A stretch of DNA of 64,000 nucleotides from Parcubacteria group bacterium (GTDB lineage Bacteria; Patescibacteriota; Minisyncoccia; Moranbacterales; UBA2206). The notes under the pieces are model-generated. The model made no database searches, was not told where the DNA came from, and was given only the letters and a program-made list of their open reading frames with translations. A program made the position numbers and the translations under genes. Positions 56,778 to 64,000 of the stretch are shown piece by piece (position 1 is the first letter of the stretch; each line of letters opens with the position of its first letter). The stretch covers positions 25,586-89,585 of the forward strand of contig JBAZUU010000003.1 of NCBI GenBank assembly GCA_041661275.1. The letters are read 5' to 3'.

Positions 56778-57929
56778 ATGAGTAAAAAAGGAAAAAAGTA
56801 TTTTAACAATAGCGTAGTTAATCCTATACATACTTCTGCTACGTACTACTTTGAAGACACAAAGCAGGTTGTTAGATATCATAACAAAAAGGAAAAAGTT
56901 GGTAGATATGGGCGGTATGATAATCCTAATTGGCTAGAAGTAGAAGAAAAATTAGCTAAACTGGATCTTTGCGAAAGCGCTCTTATTTTTCCTTCCGGAA
57001 TGAGCGCGATTGCCACAACGTTAATGAGTCTCAGTGAAAAAGGAAAAAGAATAATTTATACAGGAAAAGGATATCGAAACATACGAAACTTATGCGGTAA
57101 TATTCTAACTAAATTTGGAGTAGATGCTATTTCGTTGTCGCCAGCCAATTCAGAAAAATTCATGGCTGATTTTAAAAAATACTATAATGATAATACTAGT
57201 GTCGTATTTTTAGAGATTCCATCAAATCCTCATCTTCATCTCGTTGATTTGGAAAAAATTAAAAAAATAATCAACAAAAATACTTTGTTAATCGTCGATA
57301 GTACATTTTCTTCTCCCATAAATTTTCAACCTGTTGAGTGGGGCGCTGATATAGTTATTCATAGTTGCGGAAAATATATAGGTGGTCACGCTGATTTGAT
57401 GGCAGGAAGCGTTGCGGGAAAAAAGGAAATTATCGAAAAAATTAGAAATTATAGAAATGTAATGGGAAGTATTGCTGAATCCCATAGTGCATATTTATTG
57501 AATCGAAGCATTGCGACATTGAAAATGAGGATTGAATATTTGAATCAGTCGGGGCTTAAGTTAGCCAACTTTTTGGAAAATCATCCGAAAGTCAAAAAAG
57601 TTTTTTATTCCGGATTGCCGTCATATTTCAATCGAGATCTTGCGGAAAAATATTTAAAGGGTCATGGTGGAGTGGTAACATTTGAATTGGATTTGTCGAA
57701 AGAGAAAACGGCTAAATTTGTAGATTCACTGAAAATTCCATATATGGGAACCAACTTTGGATCATGCCATTCTATGGTCGAGCAATGCTCAATTTTCACT
57801 TATTATAATGAAACAAAAAAGGTTAGGGACGATTTGGGGATTAGCGACACCTTAATCAGGTATAGTATTGGATTTGAGAATGTAGAAGATATCATAAATG
57901 ATATCAGTAAAGTGTTGGAGAAAATTTAG
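56778..57929 (+). CDS. Cys/Met metabolism PLP-dependent enzyme (cystathionine gamma-synthase/beta-lyase/methionine gamma-lyase family)
   Basis: YGRYDNPNW, SGMSAI and PLP-lysine region SCGKYIGGH. AT-rich codon usage. Confidence 0.75.
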   Translation: MSKKGKKYFNNSVVNPIHTSATYYFEDTKQVVRYHNKKEKVGRYGRYDNPNWLEVEEKLAKLDLCESALIFPSGMSAIATTLMSLSEKGKRIIYTGKGYRNIRNLCGNILTKFGVDAISLSPANSEKFMADFKKYYNDNTSVVFLEIPSNPHLHLVDLEKIKKIINKNTLLIVDSTFSSPINFQPVEWGADIVIHSCGKYIGGHADLMAGSVAGKKEIIEKIRNYRNVMGSIAESHSAYLLNRSIATLKMRIEYLNQSGLKLANFLENHPKVKKVFYSGLPSYFNRDLAEKYLKGHGGVVTFELDLSKEKTAKFVDSLKIPYMGTNFGSCHSMVEQCSIFTYYNETKKVRDDLGISDTLIRYSIGFENVEDIINDISKVLEKI

Positions 57930-58027
57930 GCCATCGGATTTGAGATGGAAAATATGCATTTAATGATAGAGCGGGGTTTTTGCAGTATCGTCGTTGTTTA
58001 ACAATCTGTTCAGAAAGGAAGTGGCAT

Positions 58028-59086
58028 ATGTCGCAAAAAATTTCCAGTTTATTGGACGGTTTAAGTAAGAAGTGGCTTTTAAGGGAAGATGACGATACTT
58101 GGAAAAAGTGGGTGGATTTCAAGTCTCGGGATCGGGAAGATCTTATCGACCTCTTGTCGGCTAATATCAGAGACACTTTAAAAGCCAGAGCCCTTTTTTT
58201 GCTTTTGATTCTGGTAGATCGTTGGAATACGATCTATTGGAAGGGCGAGATCGGTGTTTTTCGTAAGGCTGGATTTTTCAAAGATCTTTCGCCAGTATTG
58301 GCGAATCTGGCGGTTATGTTGCTCCGTACATTTTTGGATGCAACCGCTGAAAAAATTGAAGGAGTGAGTCGTCATGAGATAGGAAGCGCTAGAAATTATT
58401 ACAATGACTCTCTTCTTAGCGTCCTGTCGGCATTACCAGAAAAGGAAGCACTGAAAGTTTTTGAGTCGTATTCGTTTAATGATCTTGTTTCTCCCTGGTG
58501 TGATACGGAGAGTTGTTCCGGCTACAAACCCTTGAAAACACTTTTTTTCCGTAGTGATGTTGATGTAAAGTGGAAGCTTCTTGCTCACGAAAAGATGCAA
58601 CAGATTATTGCGGACGAAGTGTCTGGTAAGGCACTACCTCGTACTAGCTGGGAGACGGCGCTTCCTCACTATATAGAGGTAGTGCAGCAACAGCTCTATC
58701 TTCGAAGGGGATTAAACTACCCTACGGAATTATTTGCTGATCAGATCAGGCTTGTTACCGATGAAACTCATTATGGTAAGGCTTCTATTGAGCTTCGCCA
58801 TCTCCCCCAAATCATAACTCTGTTGGCAGGAGATTCTTACCGAGATATCCGATGCCAGCTCTACAGATTTATTCTGTTGGGCAATGCACAAGAATTTCAG
58901 ATATGGGATGAAAGCCTCTTTCATTCGGCCAAGCTTATGCTAGATGAGTTGGGGGAGGGTGATAGCAATATCACCAAACGTCTCCAATCTGCCATCGATG
59001 ATTGGCAGAAAAAAGGCAGAGAGAACAAGGATCGTCAGTTTGAGGCTAGGCGAGACGAAGAGTCGGTTCTGTCTCAAATGAGATAG
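58028..59086 (+). CDS. Hypothetical protein
   Basis: ORF track 57980..59086; ATG 58028 (MSQKISS) is preferred. Higher GC. Confidence 0.45.
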   Translation: MSQKISSLLDGLSKKWLLREDDDTWKKWVDFKSRDREDLIDLLSANIRDTLKARALFLLLILVDRWNTIYWKGEIGVFRKAGFFKDLSPVLANLAVMLLRTFLDATAEKIEGVSRHEIGSARNYYNDSLLSVLSALPEKEALKVFESYSFNDLVSPWCDTESCSGYKPLKTLFFRSDVDVKWKLLAHEKMQQIIADEVSGKALPRTSWETALPHYIEVVQQQLYLRRGLNYPTELFADQIRLVTDETHYGKASIELRHLPQIITLLAGDSYRDIRCQLYRFILLGNAQEFQIWDESLFHSAKLMLDELGEGDSNITKRLQSAIDDWQKKGRENKDRQFEARRDEESVLSQMR

Positions 59087-59194
59087 GCATAATTTTTTTA
59101 CAGAGCTCCCAGCAGATTCAGTCTGTCGGGGGCTCGTTTTTATTAAAATCCAAAACTGCTAAAAGTTTAAAATTCCCCGATTTTGTGCTAAAAT

Positions 59195-59677
59195 TTGAGT
59201 ATGGAGAAAGGAAAATTGGTATGTGTGTTGTTCAATGCTGGCAGGAAAGACGAGCTGACTTCGGAATGCCGGCTAAGGATAAAAGCGGGGCTGACAATTG
59301 AAAACGCAACTCTTTGTTTGGTCGGGGAAAAGACGTGGCTAATGAAAACTATTTGTTCCGACAGATTTATAATAGAACTGAATAACTGTAGTGATACTAT
59401 CGGCAATATTAGAGAAATAGAGAAATTTGCGCGACAAGAGGGTTTTCACGATATTTTAATAATAAGCAGCTCCTATCATCTAAGAAGAATCAAGTTATTA
59501 CTGAACATAATTGGGCTTGAGGCGGATGTGCGGGCGGCGGAGGATATTATGGGCGTGAAAAAAGCAATCAGTTTCACAGAGCCTTTAATATACTTCGCGA
59601 CTCTTATTTTTTGGAAGTTGAGAATTATAAACAAGCAGAAGATAAAAGGAGAAGTCAATATTCAGAAAAAATTATGA
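59195..59677 (+). CDS. DUF218/YdcF-like family protein
   Basis: LVCVLFNAGRKDE...ILIISSSYHLRRIKLL resembles DUF218 motifs. Confidence 0.4.
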   Translation: MSMEKGKLVCVLFNAGRKDELTSECRLRIKAGLTIENATLCLVGEKTWLMKTICSDRFIIELNNCSDTIGNIREIEKFARQEGFHDILIISSSYHLRRIKLLLNIIGLEADVRAAEDIMGVKKAISFTEPLIYFATLIFWKLRIINKQKIKGEVNIQKKL

Positions 59678-60159
59678 CAGCAGAAGAAGGCAAGACTATA
59701 TTAATCAAGCCGCATCATTTTTTGGATATTATAAAACTATACGGTTCTGGTTTGGAAGAATTTATTCCCGATAAAGAGTACAGCCACGATTTTTGGAAAG
59801 TGGGAAATGATATTCTTCGAAATCCGAATATTGAAATGGAATTAACTTTGGGAGCTGATGATATTTGCGTGCCGTGTAAATTTATCAAAAATGGATTATG
59901 CTCCGATATGACTGATATAGATTCCGGTGAAATTTCCAAGGACGAGTGGAATAAAACGATCGACAGGAGATTGTTGGAAATGTTGGGTCTTAATGAGGGG
60001 GATAAAATTACGGCAATTGAATATTGCAACTTAGCGAGTAGAATTATTACCAGGGAAAAAATATTGAAAGTGTGGAAAGAAAAGCCGGTCGAGATTACGG
60101 AAAAGAGGGTGGACTTACTGTTGAAAGGTATTGAGAAATATATTAAAAATGTGGGTTAG
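59674..60159 (+). CDS. Hypothetical protein
   Basis: ATGA overlap with the upstream stop. ORF track extends to 59611. Confidence 0.4.
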   Translation: MTAEEGKTILIKPHHFLDIIKLYGSGLEEFIPDKEYSHDFWKVGNDILRNPNIEMELTLGADDICVPCKFIKNGLCSDMTDIDSGEISKDEWNKTIDRRLLEMLGLNEGDKITAIEYCNLASRIITREKILKVWKEKPVEITEKRVDLLLKGIEKYIKNVG

Positions 60160-60301
60160 GTGCTAAGATTTGGATATGGAAAAAGCGAGCGTCAAAAACT
60201 GCCTTTCGGGTGGTTTTTTGATCCAAAAAACTCTTTGACAAAACGGCCATTTGGGTGTATAATGTTAGGTTATGTCAATAAACACGAGCAGGGACAAAGG
60301 A

Positions 60302-61378
60302 ATGACTTTTTTCTACCTTTTTCTGGTAGATTTTCTTATCGCAACTCAATCCGTGTTGTTTTCTGTTTTTCCCGAGAGCTTTATCCAGCTTGAAGGAACC
60401 GGATCGATGAAAATCTATCTGCTTTCTTTTATTTTGTCATTTTTTGTCTTTTGTCTTTTTTCTGGTGTATTCAAAAATCATAAGGAAAATGAGAGGGTGG
60501 TGAGGCAGGGACTGGCGTTTTTTATGTTGGGGAATTTAATTTGCCTTCTTTTTCCTCAGTCTGATTTTTTTATCCTGGGAATAATTCTATCGGGTCTGGC
60601 GACGGGTATGATACTTTTGGGCCAAATCGGAATTATCTGGATTACGGAAAACAAAAAATCAAAGAAATTTTCTTTTTGGATGGTATTGGCTTTTTTTCTG
60701 GGATTTTTTATCGGACCTTATGCAATGAATTTTCTTTCAGGCCCGAATTTTGACCAGGTCAAAGTTTTTTCTATTTTGGGGGCGACAATCGCTTTTTTAG
60801 CGATCTTTTTCATATGTCGAATACCGGACAAGATTTTTTCTGTATTTTCCTTTATAATAAAAGATATGCCGAAGTATATAAGAAACAAAAAGAGAAGACT
60901 GGCTATTTTGGGAATAGGATATCTTGGAAATGCTATCATTGTTTATGGATTTGATTACTTTTTATATCCCTATGTCATTTGGAAATTTGGAATTTTGAAA
61001 GGTGGAGCAGTGATGACTCTCCTTTCTTTTATCATTTGTTATGTCACGATACTTTTCTATGATTGGGCCAAGCAGGACTGGCTGGGCATAGAAATCATAA
61101 AAGAAGTCAAGGAATATAACGGGAAATCAATGATTGGCCGATTTACTTCCTGGATATTGAAAAAAAGCGAGCCGGTCGTACTTATATTTCTTTCCATTAA
61201 ATTTGATCCCTTCATAACCACAGCTTACATGAGAAAAGGAGCGGAAAAATATAATGGGTTGGGGAAGCGTGACTGGGTCATATTTATGTCCAGTTTATTT
61301 GTAGGAAATGTTTATTGGACTTTTGTGGCATTTACAGGAGTTTCAGTGATTGAATATGCTTGGAAATTTATCAGCTAG
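60302..61378 (+). CDS. Multi-pass membrane protein
   Basis: Multiple hydrophobic helices. Start is ambiguous (60272, 60302 or 60407). Confidence 0.5.
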   Translation: MTFFYLFLVDFLIATQSVLFSVFPESFIQLEGTGSMKIYLLSFILSFFVFCLFSGVFKNHKENERVVRQGLAFFMLGNLICLLFPQSDFFILGIILSGLATGMILLGQIGIIWITENKKSKKFSFWMVLAFFLGFFIGPYAMNFLSGPNFDQVKVFSILGATIAFLAIFFICRIPDKIFSVFSFIIKDMPKYIRNKKRRLAILGIGYLGNAIIVYGFDYFLYPYVIWKFGILKGGAVMTLLSFIICYVTILFYDWAKQDWLGIEIIKEVKEYNGKSMIGRFTSWILKKSEPVVLIFLSIKFDPFITTAYMRKGAEKYNGLGKRDWVIFMSSLFVGNVYWTFVAFTGVSVIEYAWKFIS

Positions 61379-61437
61379 GGCGCTTTTGCTTTAATGTTTT
61401 TTGTGGTAAAATTTAATCATTGGAATTTAGAAAAAAT

Positions 61438-61956
61438 ATGGCAAAAAGAATGTTTTCTTGGATGAATCCGAAATTAGAAGTAAGGGAGACAGAAAAATAT
61501 GGAAAAGGTGTTTTTGCAAAAGAAGATATAGAAAAAAACGAACTACTTGCAATTTTTGGTGGCTATGTTTTGACATTAGAGGAAGAAGAAGGATTATCAG
61601 GAGAATTTGCAGATACAGGAGTTCAGATCCATGATGATTTCGTATTAACTTCCAAAGAACAAAAAGAAGATACGGATTGTTTTAATCATAGTTGCGATCC
61701 AAATGCTGGATACAATGGGCAAATATTTCTGGTGGCTATGGAAAATATCGAAAAAGAAAAAGAAGTAACTTTCGATTATGCTATGGTGTTGCATAAAGCA
61801 GAGAAATCAAGGGAGTATAAGATAAAATGTCTTTGCGGTTCGGAAAAATGCAGAGAATATATAACAGAGAATGACTGGAAAATACCAGAACTTCAAAAAA
61901 AATATGATGGATATTTCCAATATTTTTTGCAAGAGAAAATAAATAAATTAAAATAA
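61438..61956 (+). CDS. SET domain protein (protein-lysine methyltransferase-like)
   Basis: C-terminus FDYAMVLHKAEKSREYKIKCLCGSEKCREYI matches the SET/post-SET pattern (FDY...C.CG...CRG). Confidence 0.6.
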   Translation: MAKRMFSWMNPKLEVRETEKYGKGVFAKEDIEKNELLAIFGGYVLTLEEEEGLSGEFADTGVQIHDDFVLTSKEQKEDTDCFNHSCDPNAGYNGQIFLVAMENIEKEKEVTFDYAMVLHKAEKSREYKIKCLCGSEKCREYITENDWKIPELQKKYDGYFQYFLQEKINKLK

Positions 61957-61960
61957 AAAA

Positions 61961-63619
61961 ATGTTTTGCACGGACATACCAGCTCCTTTCTGGCTAATCT
62001 TTTCCAAAACCACACCTGCGTTACTTTATTATTCCCATATACCAACGGCCATCATCTCATTACTTATTGGTTTTTTTGTATTCTACAAAAACAGAACTCT
62101 TGCAAGTAAAATATTATTTGCCATATCTATAGTATTTTCTTTGTGGATTTTTTCAAGCTTAATTGCTTGGACAAACATTGATAGTAGAATAATAATGTTT
62201 TCATGGGCATTATCTGGCTTGCTTTATTCTTCGATATACATTTTGGGGCTATATTTCGTGTATGTTTTTATAGATAAGAAAGACATATCTATTTGGATAA
62301 AATCAATAATCGGACTACTTTTTCTGCCAGTTATATTGCTTTCAGCTACAAAGTTTAATTTAGCGGGATTTGATTTAGTTAACTGCGAAGCGCAAGAAGG
62401 AGTATATTTCACAAATTATTATTATTTTTTGGGTCTTTTAATTTCTGTGTGGATATTAATACTGGCTGTTTTGCGGTATCGAAAAGCTGAAAAAGAATTT
62501 AAAAAACAAATAATATATCTGACAATCGGAATAGAATTATTCTTATTTTCTTTTTTCGTCACCGGATTTTTGGCGAGCTACATGGTAGAAAAAGGAATGA
62601 TCACTGATTTTGGACTTGAGCAATACGGCCTCTTCGGCATGACAGTTTTTATGGGATTTTTGGCCTATCTGATCGTCAAATTCAAAGCGTTTAATATAAA
62701 AATGATCGCCACTCAAGCCTTGGCAGTGGCGATGGTAATTTTGATTGCTTCGCAATTTGCGTATGTTCAAAATTTTACTAATAAAATTCTAACTGGTATA
62801 ACACTGGCACTTTCCATTATTGGCGGGTGGATGCTGGTGCAGTCAGTAAAACTGGAGGTACAGAGGAAAGAACAACTCCAGGAAATGACGGACAAGCTGG
62901 CGTCGGCCAATGATAAGTTGCGCACGCTCGACAATGCCAAATCGGAATTTATTTCTATCGCTTCCCATCAATTGCGAACTCCTCTCACCGCGGTGAAGGG
63001 CTACGGCTCTCTGCTTTTGGAAGGATCGTATGGCAAAGTGACGGAAAAACAGAAAGATGTTCTCAATAAGATGTACCAATCCAATGAACGCCTCATAACG
63101 TTGGTCGAAGATATGCTCAATCTGTCGAGAATTGAATCGGGCAGGATGGAATATAAGTTTGAGAAAGTGAAGATAGAGGAGCTTTTGAGCGAAACTTATG
63201 ACACTTTCATTTTGCGGGCTAAAGAGCGGGGATTGACGCTCGAGATGGTGAAGAATGAAAAACCGCTTCCCGAAGTGATGACCGACAGAAACAAGATTAG
63301 AGAAATTATTTCCAATTTTACAGACAATGCCATCAAATATACGCCTTCCGGCGGAGTGAAAATCAAAGCCTTTGAAAAAGACGGCAAGCTGACAGTGGCG
63401 GTGAGCGACACCGGAATTGGCATTCCCAAAGACGAAATTCCCTATTTGTTCGAAAAATTCTCGCGTGGAAAGGATGTTTCTCGGCTCAACGCCGGAGGCA
63501 CAGGTCTTGGGCTGCACGTGGGGATAAAGATGATAGAAGAACTGCACGGTCGCATCTGGATAGAATCCGCAGGCACGGGGAAGGGCTCGACATTTTTTGT
63601 GGAACTGCCGGTGGGGTAG
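61961..63619 (+). CDS. Membrane sensor histidine kinase
   Basis: Seven-TM N-terminus. HisKA H-box ASHQLRTPLTAVKGY. HATPase G-boxes DTGIGIP and GGTGLGL. Confidence 0.8.
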   Translation: MFCTDIPAPFWLIFSKTTPALLYYSHIPTAIISLLIGFFVFYKNRTLASKILFAISIVFSLWIFSSLIAWTNIDSRIIMFSWALSGLLYSSIYILGLYFVYVFIDKKDISIWIKSIIGLLFLPVILLSATKFNLAGFDLVNCEAQEGVYFTNYYYFLGLLISVWILILAVLRYRKAEKEFKKQIIYLTIGIELFLFSFFVTGFLASYMVEKGMITDFGLEQYGLFGMTVFMGFLAYLIVKFKAFNIKMIATQALAVAMVILIASQFAYVQNFTNKILTGITLALSIIGGWMLVQSVKLEVQRKEQLQEMTDKLASANDKLRTLDNAKSEFISIASHQLRTPLTAVKGYGSLLLEGSYGKVTEKQKDVLNKMYQSNERLITLVEDMLNLSRIESGRMEYKFEKVKIEELLSETYDTFILRAKERGLTLEMVKNEKPLPEVMTDRNKIREIISNFTDNAIKYTPSGGVKIKAFEKDGKLTVAVSDTGIGIPKDEIPYLFEKFSRGKDVSRLNAGGTGLGLHVGIKMIEELHGRIWIESAGTGKGSTFFVELPVG

Positions 63620-63781
63620 GAAGAGGATGAGTTATATAGCCGTTGTCATATAGCCGTTTGACATACTTACTTTAACATGATAACCTAAGTCATTAGACCT
63701 TTAAAAATTTAATAGAGGGTCTAGACAGGCGTAGAACTCATGATAAAATGAACTAATTGCTTTGTATAAAGGAGACTTTGT

Positions 63782-64000
63782 TATGAATAGGGCAAAAATC
63801 ATTGAGGATATTTCAAGAACAACCGAGGAGATTTTTTCCTTGGAGGAGTTAAAGAAGCTGTTGAAGTCAGGACGTCAACTTCGTATTAAATACGGAATAG
63901 ATGTGACTGCGCCCACGCTTCACATCGGCCATGCTGTTAATCTCTGGATGATGAGAAAATTTCAGGATTTGGGTCACAAAGTCGTCTTTTTAATTGGAGA
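63782..64000 (+). CDS. Class I aminoacyl-tRNA synthetase of the TyrRS/TrpRS family, second TyrRS-like paralog (partial, runs off window)
   Basis: [39 protein letters not shown] has the HIGH motif and resembles tyrS at 8040. Confidence 0.55.

Noticed and set aside
1-64000. CRISPR arrays and rRNA genes
   Set aside because: No regularly spaced identical 25-40-nt direct repeats and no rRNA-like conserved segments were seen. The repeat families present are palindromic, hexameric or element-like, not CRISPR-like.

Overview
Low-GC, gene-dense window that resembles a Patescibacteria/CPR-like genome (inference from codon usage and gene content only).

Core housekeeping genes (1-23.5 kb):
- A sigma-70 region-4-like protein and a VirD4/TraD-like P-loop ATPase with a membrane partner.
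- alaS, tyrS, speH, ftsA.
- The canonical infA-rpmJ-rpsM-rpsK-rpsD-rpoA-rplQ operon, in which rpmJ appears +1 frameshifted.
- rplM-rpsI, rpmE, rpsB-tsf and a PSP1/RicT-like gene.
- A tRNA cluster Thr-Tyr-(disrupted Gly)-Thr-rpmG-Trp.

Integrated element (about 23.5-39.2 kb, roughly 15.7 kb):
- A large serine recombinase gene sits directly at tRNA-Trp.
- It carries a replication-like HTH gene, a zincin protease plus an AlbA_2/Schlafen-like gene, a GC-rich three-gene operon of unknown function, and a candidate ABC-3C-like conflict system (SMEK-like effector, small middle component, SMC/ABC ATPase).
- It also carries a two-gene cassette (unknown protein plus a REC-like zinc-ribbon protein) and a Fic gene behind a perfect sigma-70 consensus promoter.
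- The cassettes are separated by paralogous remnants of the 5' and 3' ends of minus-strand genes.
- A degenerate tRNA-Trp 3'-like sequence marks a possible attR.

Remaining window:
- ABC exporter and proS.
- A second accessory region with a RhuM N-terminal fragment, isopentenyl phosphate kinase, two GC-rich secreted low-complexity proteins, a DUF4143 ATPase, GNAT and ATP-grasp genes, a second Fic and a REP-RAYT-REP unit beside a methyltransferase fragment.
- An AT-rich foreign block with a CTP-synthase-N::DUF523 fusion, a GIY-YIG gene framed by perfect 20-bp inverted repeats, VanX-like and PLP enzymes.
- A SET-domain protein, a sensor histidine kinase and a partial second TyrRS-like gene.

Repeated elements:
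- A thrice-repeated promoter plus roughly 120-nt element plus terminator, a candidate small-RNA family with a compensatory change in the terminator stem.
- An 'AACCACTGATT' repeat family that includes a MITE-like inverted pair.
- ACGAAT/ATTAGC hexamer arrays between ribosomal protein genes.
- A perfect 28-bp palindrome upstream of proS.

No CRISPR array or rRNA was seen.
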